DNA of 64,000 nucleotides from Mantamonas sphyraenae STR306 (taxonomy: Eukaryota > Protista > CRuMs). The notes beneath the pieces were generated by a model. It was not told where the DNA came from, made no database searches, and saw only the letters and a program-made list of their open reading frames with translations. Positions 46,401 to 58,981 of this stretch are shown piece by piece. Both the position numbers and the translations under genes were made by a program. Within the stretch, counting starts at the first letter, position 1. Every line of letters starts with the position of its first letter. The DNA lies in NCBI GenBank assembly GCA_026936335.1, contig JAPMXV010000056.1, positions 124,001-188,000 on the forward strand, given 5' to 3'.

Positions 46401-48968
46401 TTAACGCTCACTGTATTGAACCTTTGCTCGTTTCTGGCTCACGGTGCCAGGCTTGACGTTGGAGGCCTCATGGCGGTCCAGCTCGGGCGGAACCTTTTGC
46501 TTGGCCTCCAGCAACAGTTGCTTGAGGGCGTAGAATACGCCCTTGTCGTCGTTGGTGAGGAAGGACACGGCAACACCGGACAGACCGGCGCGGCCTGTGC
46601 GGCCAATGCGGTGTGTGTACGACTCGATGTCCTTGGGCATTTCGTAGTTGACCACAAGCGTGACGCCGGCCACGTCGATACCGCGGCCTGCCAGGTCGGT
46701 GGCAACAAGAACTTGCTTGGAGCCCTCCCGAAACAGGTCGAGCGCCCACTCGCGATCCTCCTGCGACTTGCCACCGTGCAGGGCAATGGCGCTGTGGCCC
46801 AGGCCGCTTAAGCTCTTGGCCAACATGTCGGCCGCCTTCTTGGTGTTGACAAACACAATGATGGGCGGTGCAAACTCGTTGAGAAGACGCACCAGCCGCT
46901 GCTTCTTCTTGCCCTCCGACACAAACTCGACCTGTTGGGTGATGCGGTCCACGGCCTGGCCCGGGTTGCCGATAATCACCATGGCTGGGTTGTGCATAAA
47001 CGTGCGTGCCAGCTTCTCCACCGCACTCGGCATCGTGGCCGAAAACATAAACGTCTGCCGGTGCAGCTGGGCATTGTCGTCCAGCAGCTTGAGCACGGAA
47101 ATGTCGCTGTCATACTCGAACCGGTTTGCGTTGACGTTGTTCAAGCTCAGATCCAGCTCCTCCTCCTCCTCCTCGCCGACGCCGCCTTCGCCTGCCTTGC
47201 GCTGCTTGTCCACGGGCATGAACGACAACACGCTCTTCACCTGCTCCTCGAATCCCATGTCAATCATGCGGTCGGCTTCATCCAACACCAAATACGTGCA
47301 CTGGTTCAACACCAGCAGCCGTCGCTCCAGACAGTCCACAAGTCGCCCTGGTGTTGCCACCAGAATGTGTGCCCCGTTGCGCAGGTCAAACATCTGCTGC
47401 TCCACGTCCACACCACCCACCAACGGGTAACTGCGATACCCCAAAAACTCTGCAAACTTCTCTGCCTCCTCGTGGATCTGCTGGACCAGTTCGCGTGTGG
47501 GTGCCATCACCAGCGCGTACGGCCCCTCCTTGCGGTTGCTCTCATCCAGCGCTGGCAGCTTGCTAATAAACACGAGCATCGGCAGCAGAAACGCAGCCGT
47601 CTTGCCCGATCCCGTCTCAGCCACTCCGATGGCGTCGCGGTTGCTCAGCCCAATGGGGATGCACTGCCTCTGGATGGGTGTCGGTTCAGTGTAGCCCACC
47701 TTTTCGATAGCCTGCAACACCTTGCTCGGCAGCTGCGACTCGCTCCATGACCGCAACGGTGCAGGCATGCGTCCTCCCTTCGTGGAGATGTTAAAGTCCT
47801 CGCGAAAGATGCGCCAATCGCGGTTCTTCATCTTGGCCAGCGGCTTGTCCTTCCAGTGGGCGTCGCGGAAGTCCACCTTGTGGCGCCGGTTGTACACTGA
47901 CGACGCAGACGACGCTGCCACGAGGGCGTTGTGCACCGTGGAGCTCTGTGCAGCGCGTGCGTGTTCGTCCAGCTGCGCACGCCTGTCCACGCCGCCCATG
48001 AATCCGCGCCCAAACATCGGCGTCGCCTGCACCTTGTGGTCGTACAGAGGGTCGATGTCCCTGCTTGTGTCCTCCTCCTCCTTCCAATCAAACACAAACC
48101 GGTTTCGGTCTCGCTTGCGGCTTCGGTTGCCTCTCTTCCCACCCAGATACTCCTTCTGGATCTCCTGCAGCTGCTCCTGGTTCAGGTTTGACCCACTCTC
48201 GTCCAACGCGCCATCCTCGTTTTTGCTTGTCGATGCAGAGGATGACGATGATGATGATGAAGATGATGATGATGTGCTGTTGCTGTGGTTAAACTCCGCG
48301 CCACCGTACCGCTGTTGCGGCGCACTCATAAACTGCATCCGTGCCATGCGTGCCTCTTCTTCGGCTTTGCGCTTCTCTGCCACTTGGGCCTCGCGTCGTT
48401 CGATGGCCAGCTTCATGCGCTCCTCCTTGCTGAGAAACTTGGGTTTGGATTCGGCTTCGGCCGCCGCTCGTTTCTGCGCCTGCAACTCCTCCATGGACAC
48501 CGGGTTGGCACGCTCATTGGCCTTGCGTTCCTCACCATCCTCGTCTGTGTCGCTTGGTTTGGCCAACCAAGGGTTGACAGGTGCTTTGACCACTTCGGGC
48601 TCGCTTTCCGCTCGCTGCCTCTTGCCGCCTCCTCTCGCCTCGTCCTCCTCCTCGCTTCGACGCCGCGGCGGCCCACGCTTGCGTGGATGTCGTCCACCGC
48701 CAGAGTCGTGGCCCCGATGATGCAAAGGCGGACCGCGGCGTGATCCACGCTCGTCATAGTCGTCATGTCGCGGGCGGTCGTTGTACCGTCCGCCGCCTCC
48801 TCGATCTCGGCTGTCGTCGTACCGCTGGTGATCGTACTCCACTGGTCCGCGTCTCCTGTAGCCGCCTCCACCTCCGCCGTGTCGCCGCCGGTCGTCATCG
48901 TAATGGCTCGGGCGTCGACGGTCACGGTCGTCATCGTAGCGTGACCGGTAGTCGTCACGCCGAGACAT
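46401..48968 (-). CDS. DDX23: DEAD-box helicase Prp28/DDX23, intronless
   Basis: RD-rich N-terminus, KPKFLSKEER, RDWRIFREDFNI, AETGSGKT, DEAD, SAT, HRIGRTGRAG. Confidence 0.96.
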   Translation of the reverse strand: MSRRDDYRSRYDDDRDRRRPSHYDDDRRRHGGGGGGYRRRGPVEYDHQRYDDSRDRGGGGRYNDRPRHDDYDERGSRRGPPLHHRGHDSGGGRHPRKRGPPRRRSEEEDEARGGGKRQRAESEPEVVKAPVNPWLAKPSDTDEDGEERKANERANPVSMEELQAQKRAAAEAESKPKFLSKEERMKLAIERREAQVAEKRKAEEEARMARMQFMSAPQQRYGGAEFNHSNSTSSSSSSSSSSSSASTSKNEDGALDESGSNLNQEQLQEIQKEYLGGKRGNRSRKRDRNRFVFDWKEEEDTSRDIDPLYDHKVQATPMFGRGFMGGVDRRAQLDEHARAAQSSTVHNALVAASSASSVYNRRHKVDFRDAHWKDKPLAKMKNRDWRIFREDFNISTKGGRMPAPLRSWSESQLPSKVLQAIEKVGYTEPTPIQRQCIPIGLSNRDAIGVAETGSGKTAAFLLPMLVFISKLPALDESNRKEGPYALVMAPTRELVQQIHEEAEKFAEFLGYRSYPLVGGVDVEQQMFDLRNGAHILVATPGRLVDCLERRLLVLNQCTYLVLDEADRMIDMGFEEQVKSVLSFMPVDKQRKAGEGGVGEEEEEELDLSLNNVNANRFEYDSDISVLKLLDDNAQLHRQTFMFSATMPSAVEKLARTFMHNPAMVIIGNPGQAVDRITQQVEFVSEGKKKQRLVRLLNEFAPPIIVFVNTKKAADMLAKSLSGLGHSAIALHGGKSQEDREWALDLFREGSKQVLVATDLAGRGIDVAGVTLVVNYEMPKDIESYTHRIGRTGRAGLSGVAVSFLTNDDKGVFYALKQLLLEAKQKVPPELDRHEASNVKPGTVSQKRAKVQYSER

Positions 48969-49036
48969 TATGGGCAAGTTGGTTACTGTAGTTGTTTGCG
49001 GGTTGGCGGGTGGCGCGCAGCAGCACAACGCAGCCG

Positions 49037-50363
49037 ATGGCAAAGAAGAAGGAATACACAGGGGAGGAAGAACAGCTGCTGGAGAAGTTTCGTACGCTCA
49101 ACAGGCTGCGCAAGGAGAAGCAGGAGAGGATAGAGGCGGAAAAGGCGGAGCGCACTCGCGCCGAGCAGCAGGAGCTCCTCGATTCGCGAGCCAAGGCGCT
49201 GGAAAGCGTCCGAAATGCGGTAGGTGGACATCATGCAGCCGACATGCAGATGGGAGGAAGAGCCTGGATGGACGTGTCCACGCACAGAGGCTGACACACT
49301 CGGATGGCGTGGCATTTGGACACACTGGGGACGGGGGCACACACGACAGAGCGCGACGCGGGTTGGCGAAAAGCGACGACGCCGCGACGAAGGCGACGAC
49401 ACACAGCCTGGACACAGTGCAACCATGGACACAGACGCACGCGCTCCAGCAGACATGTATGCAAACGGCACAGGGCAGGAATCGCCCAGCACAAGTGATA
49501 TGGCGCCTCCTGCCAGCAAGAGGGCTCGCCCCGAGTCAGACGACTCGCCGTCCTCCTTCTCTCCACCCAATGCCACCTCGTCCAGCAGCAGCGGTGGAAG
49601 CCGATCATCCGCCGCACACAGAGATGACAGGGGCGCCAAGGATGTCGGGGAACCACAGGACAACGACAACGAGGAGCAAGACGACGACGAGATGGACATT
49701 GACCCCGCCTCCTCCTCCTCCTCCTCCTCCTCCTCCTCCTCTGCCTCCTCCTCCTCTGCCTCCGGCGTGGCTTCCTCCCACGAGGTAGAGGACATGTATA
49801 TGAGAAACACGGTGTATGTGGGCGACCTGCCTGTGGGCTACGACGTGGCCGAGTTCCAGATGGCCTTCCGGGCGGCAGGCACCATCAGCAACGTGAACCA
49901 CGTCACACACAAAGGCTTTGCTTTTGTCACCTTTGAGTCGCTGGAATCCACGGAAAAGGCCCTGCGCACCATGAATGGCAGCTACGTGTGCGGCCAGTAC
50001 GTACGCGTCACGCGTGCTCTCGCCAAAAAGTCTTCCCGCAACCGCAACAAGACAGGAGGGCCAGGAGCAGGCGATCGTGCAGGCGCCTCGGCAGCCGACA
50101 CACGCAAGCAGACGTCCATTGTTGTGTTTCCGCCCCTCTACGGCAACAAAGAGTTTGTCAACGTGCCCGACGACTATGTCATCGGCGCCGACTCCTCCGT
50201 CAACACACGCCTGCCACCACGTTCCCCAGAGGCTGCCCCTCCCGTCAGCATCATTGGTGACGCCCCGGGCTCCATCCCTGACGACTATCCCCTTGCTGGT
50301 GACACCCTTCCAGGCATGGCCATCCCGGCTCTGCCTGCCTTTGGCTTTGACGCAGGCATGTGA
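49037..50363 (+). CDS. Single-RRM protein with N-terminal coiled coil, NELF-E-like (intron 49220-49349)
   Basis: YTGEEEQLLEKFRTLNRLRKEK helix, RRM NTVYVG...KGFAFVTFES...MNG. The intron is phase 0 and joins the frames. Confidence 0.7.
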
Positions 50364-50432
50364 ACGTGCTGTGAGTCGTCCACACACAAGGAATGCAACC
50401 TTTGCCTCGTATTTTACTGCGATTGCGCGATC

Positions 50433-53400
50433 TCAGTTGCCCACTGTCGGCACAAAACACTCGCACACGGTGCATCGCCGCACAAGACCATGCTTCTCGG
50501 TCTCCACCGGCTCTTCTGTGATGTCAAACGCATGTTCGTGGCTCAGTGACCGTGCGTACGGATCCACCACTGTCACTGTTTTGCCGTCCGTGGTCTTGTC
50601 CTTGCCCTTGCCTTTGCCTTTGCCAGCCGATTTGCCTTTGCCTTTGCTCTTGCCGCTACCACTGCCTGCCGTGCGTGCCATCTCTGCCGCACTGCTCCCT
50701 TTGTTGTTGCTGTTGTTAAAGTATTTGGCACTGACGCTGTGTGCGATCAACAACCCGTTTGCCAGCTTGGCCCAATTCGTCAGCACGCGCTCCTCCTTCT
50801 TTCGTGCCGCCTTTTCCGTGTCAATGCGGAGCTGCTCCTCGTAGCACAGACGCAATGCCTCCTCGTGCTCCACACACACCACCACGCCTTCAAACGCAGG
50901 CGTGGCACGCCGGTGATGCATTTCAAACCCGGTCATCGCTGGCGCATAGTCGATGCCCAGCTTGCGAGCAATGCGCACCGCGCCCTTCAGCGGAACGTGC
51001 ACACACACCAATGGGCAGCATGGACGGGTGCAGCAGCTCCACGTTGCCCATGCTGTTCTTTGGCACAATGCCGTTCTGCGCACGCGGCGTCTGGTACGGT
51101 TGGGTTTGCCACTCCCCAAACAGATCCGTCACATCCTTGGCCGACCAGTGGCTTGCTTTCACCTTTTTGTACGGATACTCGTTGGGTCGCACCTCACGCC
51201 CGTACTCCTTCCACTTCGTGTCCGTGTGCAACTCGTATACGTTGCCGCGCGGGTACACCTTGTGCGTTGCGCAGTAGCCCAGCACGGGCTGCAGTGGATA
51301 GATCGCTTCATACTTGGTGATGTGCTTCTCAATCGCATACAGCGGGTGGTCCTTGATTGCCGCCACGCTGTCTGGGATCGGCTCCTTGCTGATCCACGCC
51401 TGCTGCTCGTCCACATCCCGCTGGTACAGCAGTTTGGCATGGCCCACCTGTGTCTGCACACGTTCCCATGGCACCCCATCCTTCGCCTGGCTGCCCAAAT
51501 GCTTGTAGTATGCCACACGCAACCCAGCCACCAGCTCCGTCAGCCAATCATGCAGGTTTTTGCGCTCCTTCAGCGTGCGCGACCACACCAACGCATACCG
51601 AGCCGTCACGTCCGACACATCTCGTCCCTGTGAGCCTGCACATGAAAACACGTACGGCCGCAACACTTTGTTCACCTTTTTCTTCTTTGGAGTTGCGTTC
51701 TTGCCCGTGCTGCTGCCCTTGTTGTTCACCTTGGGATGGCCTTTGGGCGAAGGTCTGCACGTCATGCGTTCAATGTCATCCAGATTGCCCGACTGCACGT
51801 CCACAGGCATCCAGTGCCCGTCTTGTGCACAGTACACTTCGATCCATGCATCCATGCTGTCCGACTCCATGGGGTACCGCGACACCTGCAACGCTTCCAA
51901 CACCGTGCTCTCGCTCCATTCGGCAAACATGGGTTGGATCTGTGCCAGCGCAGCCTGCTCCAACTTGAACAGATTCACCATGTGCGTCGAATACTCCTCC
52001 TTGTCCAGATTCTCAAAGCACGCAGCCGACCGCCGGCCCCACTTGATGCACCTGTCCAGACACTCTTTGTAGTCAACCACAGGCAGATCGATAACCAGCC
52101 GAGCTTCCACGTGCAGCGCACGCAACATTGCAAGTGCCACCAGCACTCCCAGCATTTTGCGTCCCTTTGGCTTGTCACCACTCGTCAGCGCCAACATAAT
52201 GCGCTCCTTTGCTGTCAGAGGCATCTTTGTGCTGGTTGTGCTGGTTGTGCTGGTTGTGCTGGTTGTGCTGGTTGTGCTGGTTGTGCTGGATGACGACGAG
52301 CTGCTGGAGCTGCTGCTGCTGCTGCTGCTTGACGACGTCTCCACATGTGTGCCCTTGCCTCGGCCAAAGTGGCCATTTTGTAGGCTCTTGAGCCTCTTGA
52401 TGTCAAAGTTGGGCTGCTGGATGGTGAAAAAGTCGTGGAACCAGTCCAGGAAACAGTACAGATTGCGTTTGAGGAGCCGTGTGCTGTACGCGGTGGTGCG
52501 AGGCTGCACGTGCGCACCCGATGTGCGTGTAAACGTGCCCAGATGTTCAATGTCGTCGTCGCTGCTGTCTTCCCCGTTGTCGTTGCCGTCCTTGTCGTCG
52601 TCCTCGTCGTGGACGACCGTCACCACGGTGTTGTTGATCATCACCTGCGTGTCTTGCGTGGAGCCGCCTCCACTTCCATCCCTGTCGTCTCCACTGCTGC
52701 TGCTGCTGCTTGCACGAAACAGCTTCTTTACCGAGCCCGGCAACGCAGCGAGGCAATCGGCACGCAGCTCCGGGTCGTCACAAGCACTGCTCAGCTGCAT
52801 CTCGTATGCCAGAAGCGCCAACAGGTGCACCTGCTGCATCGCCACGGCACGAAGTCGCTGCGACTTGGTCACACCCGCCTTCTTGGGCTTCTTCTGGCCC
52901 CGTTTCGGCCCACCCACAAGATCCGCGGCGACTTTCTCCGTTGCCTGCGTCCCCACCTGGATGCGCATCTCGCCCACTTGGATGTTTCCTTCCAGGTCGA
53001 TGCTGCTTGCTTCCTTTAGAAGCTGTGCCTTCATACGCTTCCGTGTCTCCTCCAGGTCCAGCGTTGCTGGCCCTGTACTGCTGCTGCTGCTGGACGCCGA
53101 GTTGTCGGGAACCACTCGCTCCCACTCCTCCTCCGACGACGAGTCTGTGTCCGATGCCGTTTCCTCCATCTTCATACTGCTCGACATTGAGTCGCCCTCA
53201 TTGGTAGCCACCGGCACACTTGTCCATTCGTCGTCGTCAGAGTCAGAGTCAGAGTCAGAGTCAGAGTCCGAGTCGTCGGAGGCTACCTTGGACCGTTTGA
53301 CGTCCGGAACTTCTGCATCTTCCTCTTCCTCCTCCTCTGCCACCTGTTCTTCCGATTTGACGCGTTTGCCACGCTGGCGCTTGCGTGTCGAAGCAGACAT
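50433..53400 (-). CDS. XPC: XPC/Rad4 DNA damage recognition protein (frameshift at ~51005)
   Basis: WIEVY..W..VD, DVTARY, KDHPLYAIEKH, LFGEWQT, VPKNSMGNVEL, GIDYAPAMTGF. Confidence 0.93.
52227..52289. repeat. Coding 9-nt tandem repeat (TTGTGCTGG x7; poly-TST in XPC)
   Basis: Directly visible. Confidence 0.9.
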
Positions 53401-53462
53401 GGCTTGCAACAGGGAGGCGAAAAGCGGCGCTCTTTGTTTTCTTCTGCTTCTCCCTGCGCTGC

Positions 53463-54987
53463 TCAGCCCACACGCTGCCTTTTGCCCTTGCGTGTTGTGT
53501 TCGCCTTGCTTTCGTCCACCCAACTCAGATCAAACAGCCATCCTTCGTCATCCTCTTCCCCTTCGTCTTCCTCCTGCTCGCCATCCACCCTCCTTCGCTT
53601 TCTGTCGTCACCTTCCACCGGAACGTCCTCCTTCGCTTCGTCTGCCAGCTCACACAACAGATCCAACAACGAACTGGCCCGTGCGCAATCTTTGTCCGCG
53701 TCCAATACGTTCTCCTTGTCCTCTGCCTGCGAGTCCCGGTCAAAGCGCGCCCCTCGTCGTCGCTTCCCAACACCAGATGCACTCGACGCCACCTGGCCGT
53801 CCAGCACCATACTCCGAGTCAGTGCCTTGGGTATCTCCAGACGCTCGGGCAGCCTGGGTGAAGACAAAAGATTGCCAAAGTGGCGCATGGCCGTGTCGTG
53901 CAGATCCCCAACCACGTTGACCAGCGCCGCAGGACGCAACCGAGCGACAAACGCCTTCATCTCCGAGAAGGAGCTGTGGAGTGAGTAGGGCACAAAGCAC
54001 AGACGCGTGTCTGTGTTGTTGCTTCCCAGTGCACAGGACCACCCAGTCGGCACTACCGCCACCGTCGGTTTGTCCTTGTTCCACCGGTCTAGCGCCTTGC
54101 TGCCCACCAAATGGCGCGGCTCTATGCGTATGTACAATTGCTCGTCTGTGTAGTCGCAGCTGAACAGATCCATGTCCAGCCCGATTGCCTTCAGCGCTGC
54201 AAAGCGTTGCTCGGGCACGACGATCTTCGTCCCCATTCTGCGTGCGACATACTCCAGCACCTCCTCTTTGCCCAGTGAATCGATACCGATGACCACCTTC
54301 AGCTCTCTACCCATGGAGGCCTCCACCTGCGCCTCCACCCACTCGCCAACCTGCTCCAGCGCCTCCTCCCGGCTCGGAAACTCGTACTTCGGATCGCAGT
54401 ACGTGTTGTCCAGGTGAAGTTCGTCCAGGAACGCCCCATGGTAGTTTAGCGCCGCACACTCGTCCACCATCCCCTCACGGTAGCGAAAGTCGCCTGTGTA
54501 CAGCACTCGTCCAAAGTACCCCTCGAACAAGAACATCACGGCCCCTGGACAGTGATTGGCATCGATCAGCGTCACGTTGAATGCCACCTCACCTCCCTCC
54601 TCTCCATTTCTCTCGTCTGCATCCATGTATAGCACCGTTGTCTCGTTTGTCGGCAGTACCCGCTGTAGAGTGTCCGGCAGCGCGCGCGCGAAAAGGTGAG
54701 CGATCACACTCACGATCCCCCCCCCCCGATCTAGCAAACCACCCGGCCTTCCCCTCGCTTCCATCTCCACGCAACACACTCACAATGTACTCGTCTGCGA
54801 GACCAAACTTGAGCTGCAACAGCTTGGCGGTCACCTGCGAACAATAAATAGGACCGGTTCGCCACACACTGGAAAGCCCAACTGTGTGGTCGCTGTGCAT
54901 GTGAGACAGGAACCGCTGACGCACCTGCGCGTCTTGCTTCCAGTAGTCACACGCAATGGTAGTGTGTGCAATGCGTGTGCCCACCAT
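53463..54987 (-). CDS. DCLRE1B: SNM1B/Apollo-type beta-CASP nuclease (intron ~54783-54664)
   Basis: FLSHMHSDH, DANHCPGAVMFLFEG, YTGDFR, LDNTY, LGKE, VPYSLHSS. Confidence 0.88.
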
Positions 54988-55078
54988 GGATTGGTTCGTC
55001 TGGCTCTCCCAGCGCGTCGTCTCACGCACATATTTCCCTGCTCAACGCAACAGCCAAAACAAGCTATACTCACACGCC

Positions 55079-56432
55079 ATGACATCCCTCAAGTCCGGTA
55101 TCACCGTCTCGTCCAAACTGGAGGAGGCCTTTGAGGCTTGCGCCGACAAAAAGACCCGCTGGCTCAAGGTGCAGATTGTCGACGAAGCCCTCGATCTTGT
55201 GGCCTCTGGCGACGCCACCTGGAAGATGTCCGCCGGTAAGTCGCCTTCTAAGTGCCTTCTTTAGACTCTTCTCCCTGATATCCAGCCATGAGTGCGTATG
55301 TGGAGCCGCGCTGACCCTCACACACACGTACACGGGCGCCCCAGACTTTGAGGACATCCAGGCAGCGCTGGACGACGACGCCGCCTGCTTTGTTCTCGTG
55401 CGCCTGGAGAAGCGCAGCGCCATCCGTCGCAACGGTGTCAACTTTCCCCTCTTCCTGCTGGTCACCTACGTGCCCGACTCCCTCAAGGTCAAGGAAAAGA
55501 TGGTGTACGCCAGCACCGTCGATTCGCTAAAGTCCACCCTGGGCTACCGCTTCATCGACGACGAGTTTACCGTCAAGGACAAGTCCGACTGCACATGGGA
55601 CGAGTACCAGGACTACCGTTCCGAGTCCACGCCAAAGCCATACTCCAATTCGGAGCTCGTCCAGCAGCGCGCACGCGAAATGGAGGACCAGGCTCGCATG
55701 GAGCAGGACGTGGGTATCCGCACCACAGGCAAGATTGGAGGCTACCATGCCGTCAAGATTCCCATGTCCACTGCCGTGCGTGAAGCGCTGCAGGACTTCA
55801 AGGCAGGGCGCACAAACTTTGTGCACATGAGCATCGATGGCAAAGGCAAGACGCTCGACCTGACCGGCACTGCCTTTGTTTCCCAGTCGGAGCTCGAGGA
55901 CAAGGTGGACACGAAGGAGCCTGCCTTCTACGTGTGGCAGTGGACCAGCGGTGCCCCGTCTGGCACACCCGTGTTTTTCATCTACTGCTGTCCAGACGAG
56001 TCGCCCATCCGTCTGCGCATGCCTTACAGCACCACCAAGCCCTCTGTGGTGGAGTCTGTCGAGTCCCTGGGCATCACCATCAAGACCAAGATGGAGATCC
56101 GCTCCGGGTCCGACCTTTCCGAATCCGAACTCAAGGACCAGCTCAGCAACAAGCGCACCACTTGGAGCAGCGGCAGTTCCAGCAGTGGGGTCTACCTCAA
56201 CAGCAGCGGAGGCCAATACATGGGCGTTCAGCTGCGTTCCACAGGGCTCAACACGGGAGCCGGCTCGCAGCCACGCACCTGGGGAGGTTCCACCAGCTCC
56301 AGCAAGTCATCCAGCAGCAGCGGTGGCAAGAAGCCTGCCTACATGCAGTGGAGTGAGGGTCTCCCTGGCATGAGCAACACCACAGGACCCAAGAAGAAGA
56401 TTGTGTACGCCCCGGAAGGAGCGTACGGATGA
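55079..56432 (+). CDS. Twinfilin-like protein with two ADF-H domains (intron ~55236-55344)
   Basis: YVPDSLKVKEKMVYAST and FIYCCPDESPIRLRMPYST motifs. Confidence 0.87.
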
Positions 56433-56538
56433 TGAAGAGTCCCAACACACAAAAATACAAATCCACCACCTTTGTGCGATCCTCTTTGTTGGGTTGTTCT
56501 TTGTTGCCCGATTCCACCCAACCCATCTTTCCTCCAGA

Positions 56539-58914
56539 ATGGCGCGGCTGCTCCGGTTTGTATTTCTCCTCGCGCTGCTCACCCATTTGAGCCTGGCCTC
56601 ATACACATTCTCCGCAGCCGAACGTAAGTGACACGCATGGATGGCTGCCCACCTCCCTGCGGCTGCTCACACACACACACACACACCTCGGAAACCAGGC
56701 ACGGAACTGCGCGAGTTGTTTGTAAAGTGCGACGGCAGCAACTGGAAGGACAACAGTGGTTGGCTGTCGTATGACGACCCCTGCAAGTGGGCAGGTGTTT
56801 CCTGTAGCACAAGCACATATGATGTGTAAGCTTTGCTTGTTGTGTGTCGCGCGTGTGCGTCCGGTTGTGGCCGGCGGTTCTCTGCGTTTCCACCGCCTCA
56901 ATTCCCACACACCTCCCCCTCCGTCCCCGTCCACGTTTCTGCCTGTCCCTGCTCACATGTGTCCATCTCCATCCCTTGCCCTTCACAGTGACCTGAGCGA
57001 CAATGGACTTGTGTGCGACCTCACGGGCTTCTCCCTCAACCTGGTGGGCATCAAGAAACTGTGAGTGAGCCCCGCAAACGCGCAGCCGAGGAGACACACC
57101 CCAACCAGCGCCCCCCCTCCTGCTGACTCCCCTACTACCCCCCCTCCCACCCACAACCTGCGTACCAACCCCCAACAGGGATTTGCACCGCAACAGCATC
57201 TCTGGCAGCCTGCTGATGCCCGCCAAGGAGTTGGCCTACCTTGAGTTTGTCGACCTGAGCGACAACGAGTTTTCCGGCCCGGTGCCAGACGCCTTCTTCA
57301 CCGTCTACAAGAGCGTCAGCGAGATGTTTATCAACCACAACCACCTTACCGGGCCCCTGTCACCATCCCTCAAGCAGATGATTTCCCTTCGCAAATTGTA
57401 CGTCGCTGGGATCTCGTGCGCTGGCACTTGGCCATTTTGCTGACCCCGTCTTTTCCCCCCCCCCACCAACCACTGTTCCCTCCTTCTGTCGCAGCGCTTG
57501 TGCAAACAACAAGCTGGAAGGCTCGCTGCCGTCTCTTGTGGATTTGGACGTGCTGAGTGTGCTGGACGTGCACGACAACGCGTTTACGGGCACGCTCCCG
57601 CAGCTGCCTCGTTCGCTGTTGGCCAAGGGGGCCAAGGTGGACTTTGGTGACAACATGTTTCACTGCCCCAAGCCCGTCATTGCGGGCGGGAGTGCAGACA
57701 ACGATCCGTACGCCAGCGCCACGTGCACATGCCCCAAGGGCTCCATCGGCAACGCGCTGGGCTGCAAGGCCTGCCCGCCGGGCACAGCCTCGTCGGAATA
57801 CTTTTCCACACAGTGTACGGCATGCAAGGAAACGGAGTATGCAGTGGGTCCCGGCGCCACATTGTGCCAGCCCTGTCCCGTGTTTATGTATGCGCCTGCG
57901 GGGGCGGCACGATGCACCGTGAGCGGATCGGTGTCCTGGCTTGCCTTTATGTTCCTGCTGCTTACGGCGCTGCTGACCATGATCCAGCTCAAGCGTCACG
58001 ACGAACGCACGTGGAAGGACTCGCGCGGCACGTCCATTGTCGAAGGATACCGTCCGGACAACGCACAGCCGCTGCTGGGTGGCGACGTCGACGGAGGCGT
58101 TGGGGACCCCTTTGTCATTGTGGACGACGACGACGACGATGACGACGACGACGATTTGGACAGTTCGCTCATGGGCACAGTTGGACGTGTGAGCAGCATG
58201 GTGGTCGACACGGTGGCTCATGCGGCCACGGAGCTGGTGCAGGCTGCAGGTGGCCTGAACCGCATCAAGGGGCAGGCCAACGAGCCAGTGCCCCTGCGTG
58301 TCGACTCGCCCCTGCTTCCAGAGAGCACAGAAACCACAGCCAACGAAGAAGGCAGCAGCAGCAGTGGCAGCACAGGCGGGGACAATGACAGCAACAGCAA
58401 CACCCCGGTGAGCATGAGGCAAGGACTGATGGGGCCTGGCCAGCAGGATGGTTGGGCCAAGGACTCCATCGGCGTCTTCAACCTGCCCCAGGAGTCGGAG
58501 GACTACGTGGACGACTACAACGAAGAAGACGACGAGGCCGAGCTCATCCCGGGCATGCGACCCGTGCCTGTGGACATGCCACATATCGCACACAACAACG
58601 GCAACAAGGGCATCGGCACAAGCACGTCCAACACAACCACAACCACAACCACAGGCGGCACTGTGGCAAGTGCTCCCCCCGCAGGAACAAGCCTGCTTCC
58701 TGACGACGACACCGACGAAGACGACGACGGCGACGACGGCTCCTCCTTCGACCTCCTGCCAAACGAAAGCGACTCCAGCGACGTAGGCGAGGACGATTCG
58801 GCCATGGATTCGTCCACAGTGCACTTCCCCACAGACAACGGCGGCGACGAAGGCCAAGACGACGACGAACCCGTCACTTTGCCGAGCGTCGACCTCGATG
58901 GCGGCGCCCGCTGA
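56539..58914 (+). CDS. LRR receptor-like type I membrane protein with Cys-rich (TNFR/ephrin-like) repeats and acidic tail (~5 exons)
   Basis: Signal peptide, plant-type LRRNT (W....W...DPCKWAGVSC), LxxNxFSGPVP repeats, CKACPPGT repeats, one TM, no kinase. Confidence 0.8.
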
Positions 58915-58981
58915 TCAAACCAATGCAACTCCAGTGAATTATCCCCAAAACAACAAAAAGAAACGTAGAACAGTGGCACAG

